From: Prasinococcaceae sp. CCMP 1430 | Lineage: Eukaryota; Plantae; Prasinodermophyta | Reading direction: 5' to 3' | NCBI GenBank assembly: GCA_013416795.1 | Contig: RQSC01001240.1 | Location: forward strand, 7,356 to 71,355 | Length of the DNA: 64,000 nt | Part shown: positions 1 through 10,411 of the stretch, one piece after another | Layout of the letters: each line of letters starts with the position of its first letter | Numbering within the stretch: the first letter of the stretch is position 1 | Program-made: the position numbers and the translations under genes | The notes under the pieces: generated by a model | The model's database searches: none | Seen by the model: only the letters and a program-made list of their open reading frames with translations | Told to the model about the DNA's origin: nothing

Positions 1-2
1 AG

Positions 3-1400
3 ATTGCCTGCTCGTCGCAGCCGCCCACCGACGACGACACGCAGGAAAGCGCGGAGGAAGAGGCAGCGCTTCTGGCGCTGTGGATGGAGGTGCAAGACGT
101 CGATGATCTCGACGCGACCCTGGATAAGCTGGGTCCGGCCGAGCTTTGGGCCCGGTTGACCTCTGACGTCGTGCTGGATCGGAGCGAGCTCGCCGCTTTC
201 CTCGGCGTGAAGCTCGACAACGCGCTGGTGTGCGCGATCTTTCGCGTGCTCGATGAGGATGAGAGCGGCGAGCTGTCGTTCGCCGAGTGGAGAGCGCTGA
301 TGCGTCTGATCGTCGGAGCGCACACAGAGAAGGGTGCGGACGTCGCCTTCGCCCTCTTCGATCGGGACGGGAACGGGGACATAGACGCCGAGGAGTTTGC
401 GTCCGTCCTACGCGCCAACTTGCGCGAGTCAGGCATGGACGAAACGGCTGTCGAGCGCCTCGACTTGCCTGCTCATTTCGCGCGGATAGACGTTGACATG
501 TCGGGCTCGGTTTGCAAGGACGAATTCTGCGCTCTGCTCGAGAGCCTAGGCATGGACCCCAAGGCGAGCGTCACCCCAGGTCGCGGGACCGCTCTGGAGA
601 GCTACCTCAGCGCGCGCGCCGAGCGCCTCAATCGCGTGCCGATGCGACAGGCGGTGGCTGATTTCGTGGCAGAGAGCACGCGCGACTTGGTCGCACTCGC
701 TTTCCAATCGCGAAAGCTTTTGCTGCTGTTCGGTGTGTACCTCGTCCTTCTCGCCTGCATCATTTGGGAGCGCCTCGAGTACTATTATCAGATCGTGCAG
801 CTGCGCTGGGCCTCGCAGGAGGGCGTGCCCAAGAGCCGCGTGACTGCCCAGCTCGTTGGTTTGCATTTCGCGTTCGTCTTTATTACCAAGTGCTCCCGCT
901 TCCTCGCCGCGGTCGGATCAACACCCGTGGGATCGTGGCTGCCTCTGAGCCGGCTGCAGCTCGTGCACAACTTCGCCGGGCTCGGAGGGGCGGTCGTCGC
1001 CGCCGCGCACATGTACTACCATTTCCACAATTTCTACTACCTCAGCGAGATGATGACGCCAATGCTCAACTGCTGGTTCGGCCTGGGACTCAGCGCGGGC
1101 GAAGACCTCACCTTCGCTGGCATGATGCTTGCTGTACCGACGCTCACGACCGGCCACCTGAGCACGGTGTTCTTCATGCTTCTGTTAGCGTTCGCATTGC
1201 CTGCTGTGCGGGCTCATGCGTACGGCGTCTTTCTGTGGGTGCACTACCTGTCGGGGTACATTCTGGTGACCCTGCTGTTCCTGCACGGCAGCATTGAGCT
1301 CGTCCAGGAGCCGCACTTTTGGTACTTCATGATCGGGCCGCTGCTGCTCTACACGCACGAGCGACTGCGCGCTCAAGACGATGTTACTGCGCCGCCATAA
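3..1400 (+). CDS. EF-hand-containing NADPH oxidase / ferric reductase (NOX5/RBOH-like), N-terminal and transmembrane part; frame open to window start
   Basis: Three EF-hand loops (DEDESGELSFAEW, DRDGNGDIDAEEF, DVDMSGSVCKDEF), then a ferric-reductase TM domain with heme-ligating His pairs (VHNFAG...AAHMYYH; WVHY...LFLHG) and the post-TM6 motif WYFMIGPLLLYTHERL. No stop in this frame from base 3 to ATG 84. Confidence 0.9.
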   Translation: MACSSQPPTDDDTQESAEEEAALLALWMEVQDVDDLDATLDKLGPAELWARLTSDVVLDRSELAAFLGVKLDNALVCAIFRVLDEDESGELSFAEWRALMRLIVGAHTEKGADVAFALFDRDGNGDIDAEEFASVLRANLRESGMDETAVERLDLPAHFARIDVDMSGSVCKDEFCALLESLGMDPKASVTPGRGTALESYLSARAERLNRVPMRQAVADFVAESTRDLVALAFQSRKLLLLFGVYLVLLACIIWERLEYYYQIVQLRWASQEGVPKSRVTAQLVGLHFAFVFITKCSRFLAAVGSTPVGSWLPLSRLQLVHNFAGLGGAVVAAAHMYYHFHNFYYLSEMMTPMLNCWFGLGLSAGEDLTFAGMMLAVPTLTTGHLSTVFFMLLLAFALPAVRAHAYGVFLWVHYLSGYILVTLLFLHGSIELVQEPHFWYFMIGPLLLYTHERLRAQDDVTAPP

Positions 1401-1872
1401 CTTCCGCGCTGGCGGCGACTACGCCGTCCAGAGGGCGCACCTGCTGTGGCTCGCGCCAAATCAGGCGACTTTTGACAGCCTGCGCCCAGCGCTCGAGGAC
1501 CTGGAGCGCCTGGACGCTGATGAGGTGCTCCAGCTCGACTTCGCCATCACTCGCGCAAAATCGAGCGGCGACGCGCGCGCGCTCATGCTCACGGCGGTCG
1601 ACAAGTTAGACAAGGAGGGCGGCTCAGGCGGCCTGATGAACTTCCGCCGGGCCAACGTGCACTTTGGAAGCTTCAAGAGTGAACAGATCATGCGCTATCT
1701 GGCGGATGCTGTCGAGAGCGCGGGCGCTGAGCTCCAGCTCGAGGGTGGTCGCAAGCCGCGCATCGCCGTCCAGACCTGCGGTCCCACACCCATGACGGCC
1801 GCCGTTTGGTCGTCAGCGCGGTCCCTGCAGCAGCAGGGCCACTTCCTGGACGTCTTCGAAGACATCTTTTGA
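1369..1872 (+). CDS. C-terminal NADPH-binding portion of the same NADPH oxidase, in a shifted frame; FAD-binding domain absent
   Basis: ALKTMLLRRH...AHLLWL...VHFGSF...IAVQTCGPTPM...FEDIF* aligns by eye with the NOX C-terminus (YFYWL...YGRP...GVFLCGP...KENF). HPFT, GPFG and GIGVTP motifs are not present between the two ORFs. Confidence 0.8.
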   Translation, partial: ALKTMLLRRHNFRAGGDYAVQRAHLLWLAPNQATFDSLRPALEDLERLDADEVLQLDFAITRAKSSGDARALMLTAVDKLDKEGGSGGLMNFRRANVHFGSFKSEQIMRYLADAVESAGAELQLEGGRKPRIAVQTCGPTPMTAAVWSSARSLQQQGHFLDVFEDIF

Positions 1873-1948
1873 AGTCTGGACCCTTCAGCGTCAGCATTGG
1901 CGGCGAGGACCACCACTGTGACGTCCTACTAAGTTAGCTAAAGTACAG

Positions 1949-1974
1949 TGTAAGTAAGTAAGTGCACTGTGTAA
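1949..1974 (+). promoter_or_regulatory. Putative TGTAA polyadenylation signals downstream of the NOX gene
   Basis: TGTAA at 1949-1953 and 1970-1974 in an AT-richer 3' region. The motif recurs after other stops (36562-36566 on +; near 60795 on -). UGUAA is the established chlorophyte poly(A) signal. Confidence 0.5.
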
Positions 1975-2359
1975 GTCTTTTGGCAGCAAGAAAGGGCCGG
2001 CGTGGTGCGAATGCATAACACTGTCCATTACGTCTACGCGAGTTCTGTCGCGAGTGGCTTGGATTGGCACCGCGATGGTGCTGCTTAGGATCGTTGTGTG
2101 TGTGTTGCATGGCTTAGGTGACTCGCTTTCGTGTCCGGTGGTGCGAGCGGACGCACGCGCGCGCGCGGCGCGGTCGCTCGTGTCGGCGGTGGCATGTGCT
2201 TAGCAGGTGGTGTCCCTGGCGGAGGAAGACAAAAAGCATCCTGGAAGGCCTGTCCATAGCTTGTCTAGTCGGGCCACTGAATGGAGATGCCTTCGTGGTG
2301 CTGACCTCACCACTGATGCCGCAGCAGAAGTGCGGGAGAGTGTACCTCTCTCGCTCTCC

Positions 2360-4383
2360 CTATGAGCGTGCGTTATGACTCGGATGATGGTACTGCGGCA
2401 CCAGGAAGGAGCCGCCCATCGAGCCTGGCATGTACACAGGCATTGCGTGCGGCACGCCACCGTTGGCGCGCGCCGCGGCCATCGCCACCGATGTGGCGCT
2501 CATATGAGGGGGCACATATGGCATGGTGGACGCGGTGGCTGTGCTCGACTTTACGCCGACGCCACTGGTCGCCTCTACGGTTGTCGGCCGCCCCGTGCCT
2601 GCATGCATGCCCGCAGAAGTCTCGTGGTGCACGGCGGCGCCATCAGCACAGCTACCAGCGTGCTTCTGGCGCGCGAGAGCGGCAGAGTGCTGCTGTCGCA
2701 TGTATGCCTGAGTGTGCGCATGCGCGTGCGCTGCGTGATGCACGGCGTGCTCGGCCATGGGTGACAGCTGCGGCGGAGGCGAGGATGAGAGGCGCACCGC
2801 CTCGGCGGTTTGCATGGCGACCGCCGCGTGCGTATCGATGCCCGCCATCGCCCCCGTCGACAGCACGCGCCCGCGGCCGGGCACGTAAAAGTGACGCTGC
2901 GCCGTGGTGCGCTGCATGTGGGCCATCGGCCCGCCGGTACCACCTCCGTATGCGGAGTTCAGCGGCATCGCGTGCGCGTGATGCGGGTACAGGTGGTACG
3001 CGTGTGGTGCGTACATCTGCGCCATCGCAAAAGCATGTGGGGGTGGGTATCCTCCCATGGCCATGGAGGGCGCAGCAACATCGAACTGGCGCGCGGCGAA
3101 GCGGTCGGCGAGCGCCCCCAGAAGTTCGGCGGCGCGCGGTGACACGCACTGAGTTGACACGCTCTCCGGGGCAGCGCTGCGCGCCTGGCGCTGCAGGCCG
3201 CTTGCGTCGCCACCGTCGCCGCCAACGGAGCTCATTGACCTGTCCGTAGCAGCATCAGGTCCCGCCACGACCACCGCTTCCATCGTGACCCCAGACGCAC
3301 GGTGGAAGCGCCAGAGCTTCTCCAGGCCGTATTCAAGGTCAAACTCATCGTTCAACCTCACGGCGAGGCGCTCGAAGTGGGCATAGAACGCGTCGCGACC
3401 GGCGGAAGAGCGCGAGCACGCGGTATAGAGGAAACGAATGACCCAAGTAGCGCCATGATCGGGGCGCACGTCGCCGCTGCCGCTCGTGAGGATGTGCTGC
3501 CTCGCGAGACCCCCGTGCTGCGCCCGCTGCGCCTGCTGTGCCTTGCCCGTCTGGGCATCGGCCAGAGCCTCACGGACGAACTCGTCAAAGGCGCCTTCGA
3601 GCTGCGGGTGCATGAGGAGCAGATTGGCCCAGAACTGGTAGAGATTGAGCTTTGTAAGCGCGCGGCGCCCATGACGCGACGAGGAGGATGTTGACGGCGC
3701 CTCGGCGGCGATGGGGCCGCCGCGCTCCCACCGCGGCGCGGAAGATGCCGCCGGGCACGAAGGCGGCGACTGGGGTGCCTCGGGCGACGCGCTTCCGTCC
3801 GATGCGCTGTCACCGCGCTCCGAGCCTCGGTGGCTGTTCGCGCGGGGGCTGCGAGCATGGCCCGTGGCGACGGCCGCGGCGCCACGCTGCGCGCCCGCCT
3901 TGCACGCGGCGACGAAGGCACAGTAGACGGTATAGTCCTCCGTGGCAGCTTCGGTGGGGAGGCGATCGCCCGGCGCGCGCACACGTTCCAAGGCGGGCGC
4001 GAGCGCCGCTGCCGCCCGGCGGGTGAACAGGCAGGCGACCTGCTTCGGAGGCGAGTAGCCTCCGATGCCCGCGCGGCGGGGCCCGGCGCCGCCGTTGCTT
4101 CTCAGGCCGCCGAGCGTCGCTTCCGTGATGGGGGACGCCGCGTGAGACGCCGCGGGCGCGGATGCGGGGCGGGGGCGTGCCTCATGCGGGACAGGAGATA
4201 GAGAGGGCGAAGGGGATGCGAATGGCGAGGCGGCGTTGGGGCTTGACTCGCCACCCGTGCGCTCCGCGACCCGCGGCGGTGCGGGCGTGACGACTCTTGG
4301 CTTGGCCTCCAACACGTCGCCGCCGCGCACCTCCCCCTCGCCGCCCTCGCTGCCCGCCGCATTCGCAAATGTCCGAGTCCTCC
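2360..4383 (-). CDS. DM15 (LARP1-type cap/TOP-binding) domain protein, 3' exon; 5' end runs into the N gap
   Basis: LNLYQFWANLLLMHPQLEGAFDEFVREALADAQ and FYAHFERLAVRLNDEFDLEYGLEKLWRFH match LARP1 DM15 repeats (LFRFWSFFL...YEEFKQLALEDA; YGLEKFWAF). Candidate intron 4748 (AAG|GTGCGG) to 4384 (CTGCAG|) joins in frame to AGGRGGGAK. No La motif is visible. Confidence 0.8.
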
Positions 4384-4785
4384 CTGCAGCGCGCGCGCAC
4401 GGGCCGCAGCCACGGACAGGCCGGGGGACAGGCGGGCGGGCGGATATGCATCGCGACGCGCGCGGCGCGCCAGCATGGCGCGTGGCGCGCCAGCGTGGCA
4501 TGTGTCGCGTACAGCCTGTCAGCGGCGCGTGCTCGCGCTCGCGCGAGGGAGGTCTCTGCCTGCCGCCGCAGGCAATCGCGGGCGGCTCGAGCTCTGGGGG
4601 GCGGGCGCTGCGTCCTTTCCTCCCTCCAGGCACGGCAGTTGATCTCTTCTCTCTCTCTTTCTCGCGCGCGCGTGGCCGCGGTCGCGCCTTCGGCGGCAGC
4701 GGGCGGGCGCCCCCCCCCCCACACCGCCCACACCTCCCCCACCGCACCTTTGGCGCCGCCGCCGCGGCCTCCGGCGCGGCGCGCG

Positions 4786-4985
4786 NNNNNNNNNNNNNNN
4801 NNNNNNNNNNNNNNNNNNNNNNNNNNNNNNNNNNNNNNNNNNNNNNNNNNNNNNNNNNNNNNNNNNNNNNNNNNNNNNNNNNNNNNNNNNNNNNNNNNNN
4901 NNNNNNNNNNNNNNNNNNNNNNNNNNNNNNNNNNNNNNNNNNNNNNNNNNNNNNNNNNNNNNNNNNNNNNNNNNNNNNNNNNNNN
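4786..4985. other. Assembly gap (200 N)
   Basis: Run of N. Other gaps at 27470-27506 and 61370-61401; single N at 6051, 8126, 46613 and 59196. Confidence 1.
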
Positions 4986-5920
4986 GGCGTCGCGCGCGAG
5001 GCGCGCGGCCGCTTTGGCCTGGGCTCGGGCGGCCGCGCGCGTCTCCCGCCGCTCGGCCTCGCGCTGCAGCCGCTCCTTCTTGGCGAGCTTCTTGTCGAGG
5101 CGCGCGGTGCGCGGAGCGCCCGTGATGGTCTCCAGCACGCTCGGGCGCTCCACCGCGCTCCACGACATAGTAGGCGCGCCGCCGCGCTCGTACGCCTCGG
5201 CGACAGCCTCCGAGCCCATCGAGCTCACCCACGCGTCCCAGATCTGCACGCACGCATGCGCGTCGAGCGCGGCGTACTCCTGCTGCGCGGAGGAGAGCGG
5301 GCGATCCTCCCAGTCGGAGCACTGCTGGCGCTTGTCAAGCGGGGCGCCAAGCGTCGCTCGCGCGAGGCCGCTCAGACCGCGCGCTCGGCGCACGGCGCCG
5401 GGGGCCTGCGGGCACGAGCGAGCGAGCGAGCGAGTGTGAGCGGGTGAAATGGAGGGAGAGAGAGGTGGAGAGATGGGGAGGGAGCGAGGGAGAGGGACAG
5501 GAAGAGCGCCAGCTGCTGCGCGAGGGACACCGCAGGAGCGCGCGCTATCGCCAGCGCTGTCGCGCACCTTGGGCCCCAGCGCGCGCGCCACGCGTGCGAG
5601 GTCTACGACGCGCGTCGCCCTGAGTCCCGCGAGCGACTCCGCCCGCGGGTAGGAGCTTGCCAGCCGTCTGAGGTCGTAGCCCACCACGTAGCCGACCAGT
5701 TGCGTGTCGTCTCCCTCGAAGAGCTCCCCGATTGCCGCGCCGACCCGCTCGACGCCCTCGTCGCCCTCCTCTGCGGCGATGCGGAAGAGGTCCACGAGCA
5801 CGCACGCGTCGCGCGACGCCAGCTGGCAGAGCGCGACGGGTCGCATTGGCTCCGCACGGTCGGTCTGTGGCCGCCACTCGCAATCGAGGCCCACCATCGG
5901 CGCGCCGCGCAGCGTCGTCA
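4986..5920 (-). CDS. DEDDy 3'-5' exonuclease (WRN-exo/EXD/Mut-7-like), 5'-truncated, one intron
   Basis: ExoI VGLDCEWRP, VALCQLA, ExoII region YDLRRL, then GLSGLARATLGAPLDKRQQCSDWEDRPLSSAQQEYAALDAH (ExoIII YAALD). Intron CCCAAG|GTGCGC near 5568 to CCCGCAG| near 5406. No stop before the gap. Confidence 0.9.
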
Positions 5921-6050
5921 GCGGTCGGCGCCAAGGTCGAGGTCATGTACACTGACGACGACAGCTGGTACGAGGCGACGGTGGAAAGCGGTAGCAAGAA
6001 TGGCATCGTGGTGGTGTACGAGTACGACGGCTCCAAAGAGAAGCTCACGC
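5920..6050 (+). CDS. Tudor-like domain fragment, head-to-head with the exonuclease
   Basis: VGAKVEVMYTDDDSWYEATVESGSKNGIVVVYEYDGSKEKLT fits the Tudor pattern (G..V......D..WY.A.V......V.Y..DG..E). Ends at the single N at 6051. Confidence 0.65.
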
Positions 6051-6207
6051 NCCCGCGCCCCCCCCCGCGCAGCAGCGCCCGTGTGGCGCGCGCGCGCTCG
6101 CGCTCGCGCGCACCTGGGGTTTTGGGTTAAGGTTTCAATTAAGGTTGAAACAACTCAGGGTTAAACATTTCAGTCGAGGTGACACGACTGCAATACGTGC
6201 GCATCGC

Positions 6208-7680
6208 TCAGGCACGGCCGCTACCGCCCCCGTGCTTGTGCGTAGACAGGACCGGAAAGGCCGGCATGACTCTGAGCGGCGGCCCGCCCTTCTGGTAGTA
6301 AAACTGGTGGAGGCTCGAAGAGCCGATGGCTTCGACCCCAACGCTGGCGTTGAGCGCGCTGAGCTCGGCCATGACGCAATCGACGCCGCGGCGCGCGCCG
6401 CCTCCGGCGCTGCAAAGCGTGCCAGCGAGCACGTTTTCGCTGCCGAATTTCTTGTCGAGGGCCCTCTTGACCACGGCCATGCACCTGTCGCTCGGCAGGC
6501 CGCACCGCCTTTCTTTTGGTTTTCGCGCTGCGAGGCGGTTTTGTTCCCTGAGAGTCCTGCTGCCGTCTGGCCCGACATCGGTCGCCAGGTACACCGCCCT
6601 CGCGCCGCGCTGCGCTCGCAGGCGCTCGGCTGACGCATTGACTTCCTGCACGAGGGCAGCGCAACGCGCGCGGGGCGAATCCAGCACGCGCCGGACCTTC
6701 GGCTCGTTCATCCATCCGCACAGGCGCTCCGTGCGCACCTGCAGACCTGCATACGCGTCGCGGCTCTCGCTCGGGAGCGCGGCGCGCACTTCCTTAATCG
6801 CCTGCCTTTGGAGTCCTTGAGCAAAGCTGAAGAATCCCGCTGGCGGTGGCTACATGTGGGACTTGGGGCCGATCGTCTTCGACTGCGTGCCGCTGCTCTT
6901 GCTGGCCGTGTGGTCGGAGGGTCTCTCGGCGCACAACAGCCTCCCAAATCTGGCCTCTTTAGACCTTGCATTGGACCGACTGCCGTCCCCGTTGCCATTT
7001 CTGTAGAGCCTCGCTGCGGCATCCAACTGCTCCGGGCTGATTCTCTGGTTCATCATGCCGCGCCACGAGGCCAAGTACACGCAGGCGGGCTGCCCGGTGG
7101 CGTTGAGGAGCGCTGGCGCCCGCGATTGGGTGTCGTGGGCGGCGAGCGCCGCCTCAGCAAGCAAGGCGGCCTCGCCACAGTCGGTGGCAGTACGGGTGCC
7201 ATGCGCGTACTCGCCGGGCGCGAACGCGTGCGCGTAGCTGCCCAGCTCTCGCTCCTTGCGCACGTCCTCCCACGGAAAGTGCCACCTCTCATATCCCACG
7301 ACATCGCACGCGGCGAGTGCCTCGCGCGCGGGCACCACTGGGCATCCAGCGAGCGACAGGAAGTCCCCCGCTTGTCGCGAGGCGTCGAACTCGCCGCCGA
7401 CAGCGCTCGACTCGTCCGCCGCGGCTCGCGCGTGCTGGGGCGACCCCTCCGGTGCGGCGAGCGCTGGCGTGTGCAGCAGCGGCTTCTCTCCACGGGACAT
7501 GGCCGGCGTGGCCAGAACGAAGCCTGTGTCGCGCGCGAAGGCGCACAGCTGCCCGAGCGATGCCAGCGCCATCCCCAGCTGCTCGCCCACCGAACCCACG
7601 ACGATCACGCCGCGCGCGTCCGCCAGGCGCATCTCGTCGGCGCGGGCACCGGCGGCAGCCGCCGCCGCCGCTGCGCACAG
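6208..7680 (-). CDS. O-fucosyltransferase-like (POFUT/GT65-68 fold) protein, 5'-truncated, with in-frame TAG at 6850-6852
   Basis: N-terminal GEQLGMALASLGQLCAFARDTGFVLATP; C-terminal YAGLQVRTE, VYLATD and AIGSSS motifs. The ORFs ending at 6850 and at 6208 share a frame and are separated only by the TAG. Confidence 0.6.
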
Positions 7681-8125
7681 AGCGGATTCTGACGACGAGG
7701 ACGACTTCGATGCAGAGGGTATCTCTAGCAGCAGTCCCCCCGCACAGCAGCGGCCGTGCACAGATACGAGGGCGTTGCGCGCTGCTGCTTCCGCTCCGAA
7801 GCGATGCGCGCGTTGCGTGATGGCGTTACGGCTCGCCTCGTCTGCTCTTGAGGCCGCCTTGCCGCTCTCGCAGGAACGCACTCTCACGACAGGCGATGCT
7901 GTCGTGCAGCTGAACGCTCTGCAGGCTTTGGGCACGTGTCTCGAGGCGCTCGCGCGTGTCGACGAGGCGATATCAGTGGAGCACAACATCGCGTCGCTGC
8001 TGGCAGAGCTCCAATTGAGTCCTGAGCCTCCGGAGGATCGCGTGGAGGCGCTCGGTGCGACGGACCATGCCGAGCTGCCACGCCTGCTGCCTTCAGTTGT
8101 GCTCGCGTGGCCAGGCGTCAGGGCG
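7680..8125 (+). CDS. Fragment of a HEAT-repeat protein resembling the C-terminal region of TTI1
   Basis: Acidic linker (DSDDEDDFD), then LEAALPL...VVQLNALQALGTCLEAL...PRLLPSVVLAWPGV, recalled as similar to TTI1 (IRLKVLDVLDLC...LLPLAHQAWPSL). Ends at the N at 8126. Confidence 0.45.
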
Positions 8126-8126
8126 N

Positions 8127-10315
8127 CCTCGCGGATGCGCTCAGGTGTGGAGCGCATTGCGAGCGCGAGAGTGCAGGGCGGGCGGGCACGCGCGGAGGGC
8201 GCTGCGCCCTGGGCGGTCGGCCTCGTCCTCGTCTCGGGCATGTGCTCGCTGGCGCTGGCGCTGGCCAAGGCGGCACTGCGGTGGCCGGCGCCAGGGCACG
8301 CGGGCGGTGCTGACGACGTGGAGGCCGGCCTATGGTGGGCCATGGCGGCGTGGACGGCCACGGCCGGGGCGGGCGCGCTGTGGGTCGCGCGCGCGCGCGT
8401 GCGCGCGCATGTCCGTCAGCGGTCGAGCGATCTGGAGGACCCGCTGCTGGGCGGGGAGTCGCAGGAAGGCTCCGGCGGCGGCCGAGCTGGCGCCGTGCGC
8501 AAGCTCGCCAAGCTGAGCGCGCCCGACTGGCACGTCCTCGCGGGGGCGAGCTTCTTCCTGGTGGTGGGCGCCGTGGCAAACGCGGCCGTGCCGCGCTTCA
8601 GCGGCGGGGTGGTCAACGCTGTCTCGTTCGGGTACGACCGCAGCGCCTTCCGCACGCAGCTGTGTCTGCTCACGGGCGCCGCCGTCGTGAATGGCATCGG
8701 ATCCGGCTGCCGCGGCGCGCTCTTCCTGATACAGATTGCCCGCTTGAACCGGCGCGTGCGAGAGCGCCTCATGGAGGCCTTGCTGGCCCAGGACCTCTCG
8801 TTCTATGACGTCACTCCTCTGGGGGACATCACCAGTCGCATGAACAACGACACCAGCAAGCTGACGGACACGCTGGGCCTCAATACGAACGTGCTGCTGC
8901 GCAACTTGGTCTCGATTGCCTTTCTCCTCGGCTTCATGCTGCACTTGGAGCCGCGGCTCACGTTGCTGACGTTCGCGGTGGTGCCAGTCGCCACTGTGAC
9001 GAGCAAAGTGTACGGAACATTCTATCGGAAGAAGACCAAGGAGACGCAGACGAGCTTAGCCGAGGCCGGTACGGTCGCTGACGAGACGCTCGGGGCCCTG
9101 GCGACGATCCGCTCGTTTGCCGCCGAGGAGCTCATGGCGGCCGCATATTCGGAGAAGCTCGAAACATTCTACGTACTGCAAAAAATCCAGGCCTATTGGT
9201 ACATCGCGTACATGGCCACGATGACCGCATTGCCACAGCTCAGCCAGGCGCTTGTGCTCTTGTACGGCGGACACCTGGTGCTGGAGGGTCGCACGCAGCC
9301 GGGGACGCTCGTATCGTTCCTGCTCTATCAGCAGACCCTCTCGAGCGCGTTCTCCAATTTGGGCGACGTCTACTCGCAGATGATGCAGGCCCTCGGTGCA
9401 GCTGACAAAGTGCTCGAGCTGCTCGAGCGCGTTCCTCTCTTCGACAACCGCTCCGGTGCCGTGCGTCCGTTGGAATGCCGTGGCGAGGTGGCGCTCGTGG
9501 GCGTCCAGTTCCAGTATCCTGGCCGTGACCGCGTCGTACTCAAGAACTTCAGCCTTTGCGTGAAGCCCGGGGAGTGCTGCGCGCTGTGTGGACCGTCGGG
9601 GGGCGGCAAATCGTCCATCGTCAAACTCATACAGCGATTTTATGAGCCGGACCTCGGGCGCGTGCTCTTCGACGGGCGTGACCTGCACACGCTCGACGCG
9701 CACTGGCTGAAACGTCAGATCGGGCTGGTGGGCCAGGAGCCTGTGTTGCTGGCGCGCAGCGTGCGTGAAAACATCCTTTTTGGGCTCGAAGGCGAGGGCA
9801 CTACTGAGGAGATGGAGGCGAGGATGATTAAGGCGGCGCAGAGGGCCAACGCACACGCCTTCGTGTCCGCGCTGCCCGACGGCTACGAAACTCAGTGCGG
9901 CGAGAAAGGGACGATGCTAAGCGGCGGGCAGAAGCAGCGCATTGCCATAGCACGGGCGCTCGTGCGCGAGCCGCGCCTGCTGCTGCTTGATGAGGCCACC
10001 AGCGCGCTCGATGCCGAGAGCGAAGCGCTCGTGCAGGCTGCTCTGGAGGAGCTCATGACGGGACGCACGACGCTGGTCGTCGCGCATAGGCTCAGCACGA
10101 TCGCGGCTGCCGATCGAATCGTGGTGGTCGAGGGCGGGGAAGTGGCCGAAGCTGGGACACACGAGGACCTGATTCGGCGAGATGGGACGTATGCGCAGTT
10201 GGTACGACGGCAGCTAGGCGGCGGCTCGAGCAGGGCGAGCAAGGCGTTGCTCATGGCGGGCGGCGAGCAGGACGACGAGGAAGGCGCCGAAGATGCGCCA
10301 CCAACGCTTGAGTGA
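8127..10315 (+). CDS. ABCB half transporter (TAP/ABCB9/plant TAP-like); true start probably lost at the N at 8126
   Basis: TM domain (LSFYDVTPLGDITSRMNNDT...FLLYQQTL), Walker A GPSGGGKS, Q-loop VGQEP, signature LSGGQKQR, Walker B LLLLDEATSALD, H-loop VAHRLST. Confidence 0.95.
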
Positions 10316-10411
10316 GCGGGTGTGCGCGCCGTAGCCAAGTGAACGCATTTGTATAGTGGAATTCTTTTCGAGATCTGTATGGTACGTATCGTACAAAGCC
10401 AACGCGCCACC

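Noticed and set aside
7256-10315. 1019-aa ORF as one HEAT-ABCB fusion protein
   Set aside because: The first ~140 codons are antisense to the fucosyltransferase, and the join to the transporter depends on a single N at 8126.
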